This document shows positions 19,392 to 28,589 of a stretch of DNA of 55,776 nt, piece after piece (within the stretch, counting starts at the first letter, position 1; the number at the start of each line of letters is the position of its first letter). The position numbers and the translations under genes were made by a program. The DNA is taken from contig JAQVDU010000002.1 in the NCBI GenBank assembly GCA_028698175.1, positions 1-55,776 of the forward strand, given 5' to 3'. Under the pieces are notes generated by a model that was not told the origin of the DNA, did not search any database, and saw only the letters and a program-made list of their open reading frames with translations. The stretch comes from a bacterium. Its GTDB lineage: Bacteria; Hydrothermota; 32-111.

Positions 19392-22157
19392 TTAACGCAA
19401 TACGGAAACCTTCTTTAAAATTTCTTTATCCGATGTTTTTACTCTCACAAAATAGACTCCGGTCTTAAGATTCTGTCCCACATCTGCTGTAAAGGTCTCT
19501 TTATCGGCAAAAACCTTTTTCTTTGCTACGACTCTTCCGGAAACGTCTGTTATGGTTATCAATGCCTCGCCTGCGGAAGATCCAAGGAAAAGAACCTTTA
19601 CGCTCTTCATGTCGGAGTTTATCATTATTGAATTATCGGCTCTTTTTTTATCTTCAATGCAGACGGCAGAGAGGTCTCCGAAGAGGCCAAGAACATTTTT
19701 TACCAACTCGGCTGCATCTGCCGTATTCATGTAAAACAGAGGAACTGCCGCTACAACAGCAGAAGTGTCATTTGCTGCGAAGATAATCGGTTTCATGTGA
19801 AAGGCAGTGTCTCCCACTGTCGAATGGTAGAGTCCCAGAGGATAAGACGAACCTGTTAAACCGAATACTCCTCCATAATACATGTTTCCGTCTCCTCTTG
19901 GAAGCTTTTCTTCCACAAAGCGCGCAGTATCACTAACTCCGTTTATAGACCAGCTTACATATTCAAGCTGGTAGAGAGTGTTTCTGTTGTAATAATCTAT
20001 TCCAAGAAGAGTTCTGGCATCCGAAAGGGACTCTGAGAAAGCAGGGAATGTCGTCGGATTATCGAGGAGGGATTTTCCTATATTCCATCCGAAGAGAGCC
20101 ACTCTTCCGCCTGCCTCTATATAATCATAGAGGTCTTCATAGTCTATTTTGTTTGCGCTCAGATCATCATCGATGTAAAGAATTCTTTTGTAAAGGCCGA
20201 ATTCCATCATTGAAGTTGAAGCTATCGAATCGGCGTCTATAATTTCATATGCGAAATTGCCCATGATTGAATCATAAAATGCGTCAGTAGCGCCGTCAGT
20301 GGCGGTTCCTCCGTTGTTTGTCTCATCAATCACCAGGAGCTCTTTCACTCTGCTGACAATCCTTGTTTTTAAGGTGTCGGAGGGAGCAGACTCGTTCGAG
20401 TCAAAGTCGATTGCAGTCACATAGTAGCTGTATACGGCGCTGTCAGACAGAGAACCATCAACGTAAGTTGTATCCGACGTAGTGTCAACCGCAAAGAAGG
20501 AACCTTCTCCTATTCTTCTGTAGATTTTGTAATGAGAAAAATCGGCCGCCTTTGACGAATTGTAGAGAATCCTGATCTCAGAGGATGAACCGTATGCGTC
20601 TATGCACGAGATTTTGTTTGGTACAAACGAAGGCCTTACGGTGTCTGTCGCTTCGGAAAATGCCTCTATCCCTGACGTATCTATCGGAGTTATTCTGAAT
20701 GTATAAAGGAGACCCGGAATCAAGGATGAAACATTGTATTCGTTTGTATCGGGAGCGTCTGCAAACTGTTCAAAAGCATCTCCTTCTTTTTTATAGTATA
20801 TCCTGTATGAAGATATGTCATTGTTTATTGTTTTTATCCAGGAGACCGAGACGGAAGAGTCGCCATTGTCAACAATGGAAAAATCCGTCACGGGAAGCGG
20901 CATTTGGGAGAGATAGTAAGCGGTTGCTGTTCCGGTTTGCGCCAACTCTTTCATGAAGTCAAAGTTGAGAAGATGTATTGAATCCTTTGTAGAATGGTAT
21001 ACTGGGGAAAAGTCATATTCAATGGCGAATGCAGATTTGAATCCTGCCAGGTCGAAAGGATAGTGGTCGCTTCCGGAGCTTGAACCTCCGATATGGGTTA
21101 TCAGCGTTGTGAATGTGTCAGCCATCATCTTGAAAATGTTTTTAAGAGGGAGGGAGTGCGTCATTCCGTATAGGTCATACTGGTATGTTGAAGACGGGTT
21201 GTAACCTATCATGTCAAAGTTGACCATTCCAAGAACGTGCATGCTGTTTGGAATTATGTAATTGTTCACGAAATACTCTGAGCCGTAAAGGCCGAATTCC
21301 TCGCCTGAGAATAAAACAAAATATATATCGTAATCGCTTTCGACTGACATCAGAGACCTTGCGGCTTCAAGAACTCCGGCTGAACCGGAAGCATTGTCAT
21401 CCGCCCCCGGGGCTATGTAATAATTATTGGAATAATCGTCATAGTGGGCTCCTACAACAATGCACGTATCATGAGAGATGGTTCCTCTCTTAAGTCCGAC
21501 AACATTCTTCGTGTTGTAGACGCTGCCGTAAGAAAAAGAGAAGTTTTGAAAATATACAGAATCAAAACCCATGGAATCCATCACAGATTTCAGATAAACC
21601 GCGGCTGAATCAACCCATGTGGTGACTGAGACCCTCGAAGCGCTATAGGTCCCCTGCGGATACGGAATTTCTCCGCTGAGTATCGCCACTTTTTCATAAA
21701 GAGAATCTGCAGAAATAATGTTTATAAGAGAATCAATTTCGCCCATAAAGCTTTTTTTGCCGGGGAGGTAGGGATTATAATCATACTTATACGTTTCTTT
21801 TATAGGCCTTTCAAAATTCAGGTTAAATATTTCCCATTCTCCTCTTTCTTCTGCAGAGGGAATCCTGTCAAGAAGAAGAATTGAAGATTCAAAATCTGCA
21901 AAGAGATATTCTGGAATATTCTTTACTCTGTTTTTGTCGTGAGAAAGAGCAATGAAGTAGTCTTTTCCCTGATCAAAGGGAATTTTCATAATAATTTCGC
22001 CTTTGGCGGAATTATCTTTTGAAAGCCCTATTTTGAAAGCTTCAAGGTCATAGTAGGTTGTTGTGTTTTGAGCTTCTCCATTGAAAATGATTATTTCATC
22101 GGAAAAGGCAAAAATTGACACTGTTGCAAGAAACAGCAGAAGATAAAATTTTTTCAT
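19392..22157 (-). CDS. M28-family aminopeptidase with FN3-like repeats, a ThuA/GATase1-like module and a T9SS C-terminal sorting domain
   Basis: M28 metal ligand motifs GAHYDD, PGADDNASGSAGVLE, FSGEEFGLYGS, DMIGY. Then KELLVIDETNNGG..RILYIDDD..IEAGGRVALFGWN. C-terminus KTGVYFVRVKTSDKEILKKVSVLR. Confidence 0.88.
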   Translation of the reverse strand: MKKFYLLLFLATVSIFAFSDEIIIFNGEAQNTTTYYDLEAFKIGLSKDNSAKGEIIMKIPFDQGKDYFIALSHDKNRVKNIPEYLFADFESSILLLDRIPSAEERGEWEIFNLNFERPIKETYKYDYNPYLPGKKSFMGEIDSLINIISADSLYEKVAILSGEIPYPQGTYSASRVSVTTWVDSAAVYLKSVMDSMGFDSVYFQNFSFSYGSVYNTKNVVGLKRGTISHDTCIVVGAHYDDYSNNYYIAPGADDNASGSAGVLEAARSLMSVESDYDIYFVLFSGEEFGLYGSEYFVNNYIIPNSMHVLGMVNFDMIGYNPSSTYQYDLYGMTHSLPLKNIFKMMADTFTTLITHIGGSSSGSDHYPFDLAGFKSAFAIEYDFSPVYHSTKDSIHLLNFDFMKELAQTGTATAYYLSQMPLPVTDFSIVDNGDSSVSVSWIKTINNDISSYRIYYKKEGDAFEQFADAPDTNEYNVSSLIPGLLYTFRITPIDTSGIEAFSEATDTVRPSFVPNKISCIDAYGSSSEIRILYNSSKAADFSHYKIYRRIGEGSFFAVDTTSDTTYVDGSLSDSAVYSYYVTAIDFDSNESAPSDTLKTRIVSRVKELLVIDETNNGGTATDGATDAFYDSIMGNFAYEIIDADSIASTSMMEFGLYKRILYIDDDLSANKIDYEDLYDYIEAGGRVALFGWNIGKSLLDNPTTFPAFSESLSDARTLLGIDYYNRNTLYQLEYVSWSINGVSDTARFVEEKLPRGDGNMYYGGVFGLTGSSYPLGLYHSTVGDTAFHMKPIIFAANDTSAVVAAVPLFYMNTADAAELVKNVLGLFGDLSAVCIEDKKRADNSIMINSDMKSVKVLFLGSSAGEALITITDVSGRVVAKKKVFADKETFTADVGQNLKTGVYFVRVKTSDKEILKKVSVLR

Positions 22158-22174
22158 CTACACTCCTTTTTTTT

Positions 22175-22204
22175 ATAATATAACTCATTTTGTAATTATT
22201 TCAA
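22175..22204 (-). promoter_or_regulatory. Possible promoter TTGAAA-18 nt-TATTAT for the M28 gene
   Basis: Read on the minus strand inside the 55-nt spacer after the S9-like gene. Followed by an AAGGAG SD. Confidence 0.3.
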
Positions 22205-22212
22205 TGTTGAAC

Positions 22213-24627
22213 TTAATAAAACCCACATTCTTTGATTGCATTGTATCCTTCGCTTTCCACATCCTCCCCGAAAAGAGCATATTCCGGAAGATATACTCCT
22301 GAAGAAAGTGGCAAAATGGCTGTTGACCTCCCTTGGGACTCTTTGTTTTGCCCCAAAAATCCTGCGCAGAGATATTCATCGACTTTCTTGCAGAATATAT
22401 AAGAGGAATTTCCGGTTTCAAAGAATTTCTCTCCGTCTTTTATGCAAAAATCATCGATTTGTATCAGAGTCTTTTTGAAAATTTTCATGGCGGAAGAATT
22501 TTTATCAGGAACGCCTATAAAAACTATGTTTTTTTTCTGCGTGGAGTCAAAGAGTGTGTCAGGAAGAATTTCGCACGCGCCGAGACACTTGACTGTAAAG
22601 AGGTTGTGAATATAGAGCGCCTGTTCGTATGAAACATTGGAATTTTTCTTGTCTGTCGAGTAGACAATCGCGAAGGGCTTCATGAATGCATATTTGACAA
22701 GAGTGTAATCTTCCCTTTTCAACGAAGACTTGACTCTGACAAAATCTTTGTTTTTTAAGGCGAATGACTGATTTTTAGCGCCATCCGCCAAAAACTCTTT
22801 GCCGTCTATTACAAACTTTATTTTTCCGGAGTAGGCGCCTTTCGCATTTAGTATTGTAAACCCCTCCACGTTCTGTGTTGTGATGATTATTTCATTCGCC
22901 TTTAATTCAGCAGTTATGCTTGATTTTTCGTATTTATGAACCTGCCTGTCTATTCTCACAAAATCCGAAGAATCGGATTCATAGAGGGAATACGTGGTGA
23001 ATGAAGAGATTCTGTTCAAAACCTGTCGCTTGGATTTTTCAATGAAATTTCTTATAAAATCAGAGTCAATGCAGTCCACTCCCGAGGTCTCTTCAATGTC
23101 AAACCAGTGTCCCATTCCGGCGAATTCAATGAATTCGGATTCAATGCCAATCCTTTGCAACTCATTAAAAAACATCCTTGACTGATAAACCGGCACATTA
23201 TCGTCAATCTCTCCGTGCACAAGAAGAATCTTTGCATTCATAAGGTTGTTTAAAAAATTGAGAGGATTTTCAGAGCTTTTAAGCAGATTTACTATTCCGA
23301 ATGCTTTACCGTTTGAAAGAAGATTGATTCTCGAGTATGTCTTGGGAATATATGTTTCAAAGTTTATCCAACCGCTTGCAGGCACCACGCTTGAAAACAT
23401 CCATCCGTAAAGAGAACCCAGATACATTGCTCCGTGTCCTCCCATTGAATGGCCCGTTAGGGATATCTCAGAATCAATTATGCGATATTTCTCTTTGATT
23501 TTTTTTAAAACCTCCAGGAAATCAATTCTTCCTAAATCCTGCCAGTCGAATCCGAACTCTCCCCTGTTTGTGGGACAGACGAGAATATGCGTCTTCGAGC
23601 TTCTGTAAGCCATCGCCTGATTTTCCGCCTTTACTCCAGCTCCGTGAAGGGATACGGACAGTGGATAAAAGAGAGATGTTGAAAAATCTTCCGGAAGTCT
23701 GACAGCATAGTATTGAACCGATGAATCAACCTCCGAAACGAATGTCTCTTTTCTAACTTCATTAAGATTCTTCACTTTAAAATTCAGATTTGTTCTTAAA
23801 GTATCAGTCCCTGACTCTATCAGAATCTCTGCAAACTCCTCTTCACCTATAGACTTCTCTTTCATTGATATGGAAAGAGGTATGTTTTTAACTCCCATGG
23901 GCGGAAGAATGTCTGTGCGTTCTTCTACTGCAAAGAGAGAATCCCTTTCTGAGGAGAAGACCTTGACTCTCTGCCATTCTGCAGTTGAATTGAGAAGGCA
24001 GACCGAGACAACACCCTTCATGAGAGAATCTTTGATAATGTCAAAGACGAGGGTTGCATTTTGTAGGAAAACTATAATATTTTCAGGTTCATATATTTTA
24101 GTATATCCTTCAAAATATCCGTAATATCCGCTTGTTATAAAAGAAATGGAATTCTCCCCCTCTTTCACCAAAACAGGAATTTTGATTTTTCCAGTCTTGT
24201 ACGGATCGCCCGGATATTTAACCGAGTTAATATAGAAACCTGATACTCCGCCAACCTCGGCAAGAAGAACTTTCTCTTTCTTAGAATGGAAGCTTGAAAA
24301 ACAGTAATAGGATGTAAGGATTCCAGACAAACCCATCGCATCCCATGCGCTCTTCATCTTCAATGTATCAGAAGAGAGTGAAATAATCTTATTTTGAAAT
24401 GAGAATTCACTAAATTCAAGGAGTTCCTGATTAAAGAATCGATAATTGAATTTTTTCTGCCGGTAGTCGTTGAAGTCGGCATGAAACTCGACCGGAAGAG
24501 AAAAATCTTTTAAAGAAGCGTGCATCGGCCCCAGAACCTTCCATTCCTCAGGAAAGATTGTCTCTGCGCTCAACCCCGCCCGGACAATAAAAAGAAAAAC
24601 AAAAAGAAAAATCTGCTCTTTTTTCAA
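22213..24627 (-). CDS. Secreted alpha/beta-hydrolase (prolyl-oligopeptidase S9 / esterase type) with large N- and C-terminal extra domains
   Basis: Signal peptide present. Nucleophile elbow GHSMGGHG, then LLVHGEIDDNV (Asp) and GMGHWF (His) in the S9/esterase order. Confidence 0.75.
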   Translation of the reverse strand: MKKEQIFLFVFLFIVRAGLSAETIFPEEWKVLGPMHASLKDFSLPVEFHADFNDYRQKKFNYRFFNQELLEFSEFSFQNKIISLSSDTLKMKSAWDAMGLSGILTSYYCFSSFHSKKEKVLLAEVGGVSGFYINSVKYPGDPYKTGKIKIPVLVKEGENSISFITSGYYGYFEGYTKIYEPENIIVFLQNATLVFDIIKDSLMKGVVSVCLLNSTAEWQRVKVFSSERDSLFAVEERTDILPPMGVKNIPLSISMKEKSIGEEEFAEILIESGTDTLRTNLNFKVKNLNEVRKETFVSEVDSSVQYYAVRLPEDFSTSLFYPLSVSLHGAGVKAENQAMAYRSSKTHILVCPTNRGEFGFDWQDLGRIDFLEVLKKIKEKYRIIDSEISLTGHSMGGHGAMYLGSLYGWMFSSVVPASGWINFETYIPKTYSRINLLSNGKAFGIVNLLKSSENPLNFLNNLMNAKILLVHGEIDDNVPVYQSRMFFNELQRIGIESEFIEFAGMGHWFDIEETSGVDCIDSDFIRNFIEKSKRQVLNRISSFTTYSLYESDSSDFVRIDRQVHKYEKSSITAELKANEIIITTQNVEGFTILNAKGAYSGKIKFVIDGKEFLADGAKNQSFALKNKDFVRVKSSLKREDYTLVKYAFMKPFAIVYSTDKKNSNVSYEQALYIHNLFTVKCLGACEILPDTLFDSTQKKNIVFIGVPDKNSSAMKIFKKTLIQIDDFCIKDGEKFFETGNSSYIFCKKVDEYLCAGFLGQNKESQGRSTAILPLSSGVYLPEYALFGEDVESEGYNAIKECGFY

Positions 24628-26279
24628 ACGCTCCTCTTTTTAAGAGCATTCAGCCCCAAAGAGTAGAGAACGGCGAATATCGCGCCAGTCATGACAAAGA
24701 CGGCAGCAACGCCGTACAAGAAGTATATATTGCTGAACTCTATTCTCTTAAAGGCGTACTCAAAATAGGTTTTTGTAGGATTGGACATTATCCCCAGACA
24801 TAATCCTATGTAAGCGAGAGATGCAATGGCTGAGACTATTCCTCCGAAACCGCTGGCAATTTTCGAAGGATTTGTTTCGTTGAAATCCGGCAGAATCGCG
24901 CCCATGCTTGTGTTTATAACGGTGATTCCGAAAGAGACGATAAGGGTGACTGCCATTGAAACGAGAACGACGATTCTGTCAATGGAGAGAAATGCGTTTG
25001 TGCCAACCACAAGAATCTGCCCAAGAACGCTTATGACAATGAAATTAAAGGCAAGCTTTGCATTGAAATAATCTCTCATGTTGATGCTGCTCTTTATCAG
25101 CGGAAAGGTCTTTCCTTCAAGAGAAATCAGAGGGAAGACAAATCTTACCGAGAGAGTCGCCATTATATATGTCGAGAATCCGAGGTTGGCAAATGCAAGA
25201 ATATATGTATAGAAGGGCGACCTGAAGTATATGGGGCTTCTCACGACGCTTATTCCGTAAAACAGAAGGAGAAAAAGAAAGGTCACAGATTGTCCCCATT
25301 GGGAAGGGTCTCTCAAAAAGACAAGCATGTCCTTTTGAATGAGAAGAGCGATCTTGCTTCTCCTTAAAACTGTTGGATAACCCATCATGTTCTTCAGGCG
25401 CGAGCTTCTTTTCACTGTCTTTTCGTAAGAAAGGTATTTTTTGTCGTATGATTTCATCAGAAACAATGTTCCTGCCAGGGAGACGACAACGTAAAGAGCC
25501 AGGAGAATTATCCTTGCCAGTTTCATGCGGTTGAGTTCTGAAGAGAACATCATCTCTATTATTATTCCTGAAGGCAGGTTTCTGAACTGTTCCACCTCAA
25601 GCGAAGAAATAAACTTTTCCACCTCAAAAAGATTTGCGTCTCTGGGAAGGTTGAATATGTCGGACGATTTCATAAAAAAGATAACTGCAAATAAAAGCAA
25701 TGCCGATGCGGCGACTATTGCGACTATTTTTCCCGTTGAATGTTTTTTGAAAAACCCGGAGAAAAGAAAAGATGCAAATACGCCTATAAAAACGGCGATA
25801 AAGACCATAACAAAGAAAAGAAGAAGTGAAATAAAGGTAAAAGAGAGAGTGAATTTAAAAGTTCTGCTTATCGCCAGCATAAGAGGAATAGACACTATCA
25901 ATATCGCCCATGAGGCGAAAACTCCGTTTTCGTAAAATTTAATGAAAAATATTTTTTTCGGGCTTAATGGAGTCGTAAACAGATATTCAAGCTCTGGGGT
26001 GCGGAAAAACGTGGTTATAGAGGTCACTATGCTTGACATAAGAAGCATTATAAAAAAGCTTGAGAACATTATCGAAGAGATTCTTTTTGTGATGCTGTAT
26101 CCTATTTCAGAATCGGATTTAACAAGGTACGTGAAAATCTTAAGAAATATTGAATAGTTGAAGTAAAGAAATACGCTCATAACGCATATATAAGAGAGAA
26201 GACGGATGAAAGACCTGAAGTCGCTCACTATGAGACTTCTGTAAAAAGTCTTGAATCGAATGCGGATTATTTCAGTCAT
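24624..26279 (-). CDS. Polytopic ABC-exporter permease (putative ABC exporter family)
   Basis: More than 10 predicted hydrophobic helices. Start overlaps the ATPase gene by 8 nt and stop overlaps the hydrolase gene by 4 nt. Confidence 0.7.
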   Translation of the reverse strand: MTEIIRIRFKTFYRSLIVSDFRSFIRLLSYICVMSVFLYFNYSIFLKIFTYLVKSDSEIGYSITKRISSIMFSSFFIMLLMSSIVTSITTFFRTPELEYLFTTPLSPKKIFFIKFYENGVFASWAILIVSIPLMLAISRTFKFTLSFTFISLLLFFVMVFIAVFIGVFASFLFSGFFKKHSTGKIVAIVAASALLLFAVIFFMKSSDIFNLPRDANLFEVEKFISSLEVEQFRNLPSGIIIEMMFSSELNRMKLARIILLALYVVVSLAGTLFLMKSYDKKYLSYEKTVKRSSRLKNMMGYPTVLRRSKIALLIQKDMLVFLRDPSQWGQSVTFLFLLLFYGISVVRSPIYFRSPFYTYILAFANLGFSTYIMATLSVRFVFPLISLEGKTFPLIKSSINMRDYFNAKLAFNFIVISVLGQILVVGTNAFLSIDRIVVLVSMAVTLIVSFGITVINTSMGAILPDFNETNPSKIASGFGGIVSAIASLAYIGLCLGIMSNPTKTYFEYAFKRIEFSNIYFLYGVAAVFVMTGAIFAVLYSLGLNALKKRSV

Positions 26280-27015
26280 TGCTCTTTGTTATCTCCAGGA
26301 ATATCTCTTCAAGGTTGTTTTTCTTTATTTTGTCCTTAAGGTCGCCTATGCTTCCGAAATAGACAAGATTGCCTTTGTCCATTATTCCGATTTTGTTGCA
26401 CATCTCTTCCGCAAGTGAAAGAGTGTGGGTTGAAACGAAGAGGATTCTGTCTTCTCTCGCAACGTTTACAAAAAGGTCTTTTACTATTTTTCCGGATTTG
26501 GGGTCTAGCCCCACCATCGGTTCGTCCACCAGCAGAATATCTGGATTATGAATGAATGCGGATGCTATTACAATCCTCTGTTTCATTCCGTGAGAATATT
26601 CCTCGGTTCTTGAATCCATGTAGTCTGAGAATTCCATTATTTTCGAATAAAAATCAATTTCTCTCTCAACGTCGGATTCTTTCATTCCGTATATCCGTCC
26701 CACAAAATAAAGGAACTCCCTGCCGGTAAGCTTGTCATAAAGAAACGGCGAATCCGGAACATATCCCATTCTCTTTTTGCTTATGTCAGGATACAGAGCA
26801 GAATCTCTTTCATTGATTTGTATTCCGCCTTTCTCAAAATTCAGAAGCCCGGCTATGCACTTTATGGTCGTTGTTTTACCTGCGCCGTTGGGACCTATGA
26901 ATCCGAATATGTCTCCGCCTTTCAGGTCCAAAGATAAATCATTGACAGCGGTTGTCTTTCCGTAAGTCTTCGTCAGATTTTCGATTTTCAAACTCGTTTT
27001 TCTTTTTTCTTCCAT
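26272..27015 (-). CDS. ABC transporter ATP-binding protein (ABC-2/DrrA-like)
   Basis: Walker A GPNGAGKTT, a signature-like YSHGMKQR and Walker B ILLVDEP. Confidence 0.92.
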   Translation of the reverse strand: MEEKRKTSLKIENLTKTYGKTTAVNDLSLDLKGGDIFGFIGPNGAGKTTTIKCIAGLLNFEKGGIQINERDSALYPDISKKRMGYVPDSPFLYDKLTGREFLYFVGRIYGMKESDVEREIDFYSKIMEFSDYMDSRTEEYSHGMKQRIVIASAFIHNPDILLVDEPMVGLDPKSGKIVKDLFVNVAREDRILFVSTHTLSLAEEMCNKIGIMDKGNLVYFGSIGDLKDKIKKNNLEEIFLEITKSND

Positions 27016-28589
27016 TTTTTATTCACCTTCTCCATTTTTATTTTTCTCAATTTGTTGGCGAACCTGTGCGACTCATCCCTGATACCCTTTATAAGAGCGC
27101 CTGCAGGGCTTCTGCCGTTCAGCATTATCTCTTTTCCCTGAAAATCATACAGAATGTCAAATCTTTTTGCAAGAGCAAAGAGGTCACACTCCCTTCCGCT
27201 CTCGTCAAGGACCCTTCTGCATGCTGAAAGCTGCCCCAATCCTCCGTCAATCAGAATCATGTCGGCAGGATGTTTCTCAAGGTATCTTTTCAGTATGGTG
27301 CTTAAGGCCAGATAGTCATTGTTTCCTATTGATTCAAGATTATAATATCTGTAAGCGCTTTTGAGGGGTTTTCCGTCTTTAAAGGAGACAACCGCTCCGG
27401 AGGTCCACTCGCCGTTTACGTGGGAAATATCAAGACCTATAATATACTCCGGCATTTTTTTTAAATGCAGGTCTGCAGTAAGTTGCGCAATTCCCTTTGA
27501 AACAAATTTTCTGTTGAGAGAGATGCATAGTTCATTGCGTGCGTTTTCAAGCGCAATTTCATATAGCTGATAAGCATACGTGTTTTTGACTGCCTGTTTA
27601 ACGTTTAAATCATAATTTGAAAAAATCAAATTTTTTATATCATCCGTCTTTTGTGAAATCACAAATAGGGTTTTAAAGTCAAAATCCGTTGTGGTCTGAT
27701 AATAATTTCCGATTATTTCGATTATCACAGAATCATCTTCAAGAACCGCTCCCGCAGAGAATCTTCTGGTGATTATTTCATGTATGGTTCCGTTCCGCAG
27801 TTTAAGAACCGAGAATGCTCCGGCGGATTTTTCTCTTGACATTGCGAATACGTCCGCATTTAAACCCCGAAGCCCCGTCTTTTTGCCCCGCCTCATCTCT
27901 TTGCCTACAAAACCAATCGTATCCCGTATCAGCGCGGCAGATTCGAAATCTTCTCTCTCTGCGCAAATCCTCATTTCATCGTTTAAAGCAGTTAAAAGGT
28001 TCTTCGTTCCTCCGTTAAGAATGCTCTTCACTTTGGATATTTTCTCCGGATATCTTTGTCTTTCCTCCTCTGAAGCGCACACTCCTGCGCAGTTTGACAT
28101 TTGAAACTCAATGCACTTTTTGGCGGGAAGTTTTGTCTTGCACACCCTGAGAGAGAATATTTTGTTCAGTTTTTCGACAAGAGTCTTCACGTAAAGACCC
28201 GAAGTATACGGTCCGAAAAATACTCCTTCTTTGTTTATTGAATAGGTGTGCCAAAGATACGGATATTTCTCAGCTGACAGCATTATATAAGGATATTTGT
28301 TTGAATCCTTGAGTTTTACGTTATACTTCGGCTTATGTTTAGAAATAAGGTTGTATTCCAGTATCAACGCATCCTGCTCTGTCTCTGTAAGACGGTACTC
28401 AAGGGTAGTCGTCTCTTTCCTTATAAAATCAACCTGAGGCCTTGTGTCCTGATTTCCAAAAAAATACTGCTTGACCCTCTGTTTTAAAGAATTGGCTTTT
28501 CCAATATAGATTATTTTTTCTTCATTGTTTTTGAATATATAGACGCCCGTCTTGTCGGGAATTGACTCAAAATCAAGCATAAAATTCAT
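26988..28589 (-). CDS. uvrC: Excinuclease ABC subunit C lacking the C-terminal (HhH)2 domain
   Basis: GIY-YIG (GVYIFKN..IIYIGKANSLKQRV), a Cys-rich segment, a UVR-domain-like EDFESAALIRDTI, and an RNase-H-like endonuclease part ending in IRDESHRFA. The ORF stops ~25 aa later, inside the ABC ATPase gene. Confidence 0.88.
   Translation of the reverse strand: MNFMLDFESIPDKTGVYIFKNNEEKIIYIGKANSLKQRVKQYFFGNQDTRPQVDFIRKETTTLEYRLTETEQDALILEYNLISKHKPKYNVKLKDSNKYPYIMLSAEKYPYLWHTYSINKEGVFFGPYTSGLYVKTLVEKLNKIFSLRVCKTKLPAKKCIEFQMSNCAGVCASEEERQRYPEKISKVKSILNGGTKNLLTALNDEMRICAEREDFESAALIRDTIGFVGKEMRRGKKTGLRGLNADVFAMSREKSAGAFSVLKLRNGTIHEIITRRFSAGAVLEDDSVIIEIIGNYYQTTTDFDFKTLFVISQKTDDIKNLIFSNYDLNVKQAVKNTYAYQLYEIALENARNELCISLNRKFVSKGIAQLTADLHLKKMPEYIIGLDISHVNGEWTSGAVVSFKDGKPLKSAYRYYNLESIGNNDYLALSTILKRYLEKHPADMILIDGGLGQLSACRRVLDESGRECDLFALAKRFDILYDFQGKEIMLNGRSPAGALIKGIRDESHRFANKLRKIKMEKVNKKWKKKEKRV

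Noticed and set aside
26988-27015. An A-rich uvrC/ABC-ATPase overlap (aataaaaaatggaagaaaaaagaaaaacg) as a possible -1 frameshift site that would fuse UvrC to the ATPase.
   Set aside because: The ATPase frame is indeed -1 relative to uvrC. But no canonical X-XXY-YYZ heptamer is in register, the A runs are only six long, and the ATPase has its own ATG with an upstream purine-rich SD-like sequence. Ordinary overlapping genes are the simpler reading.
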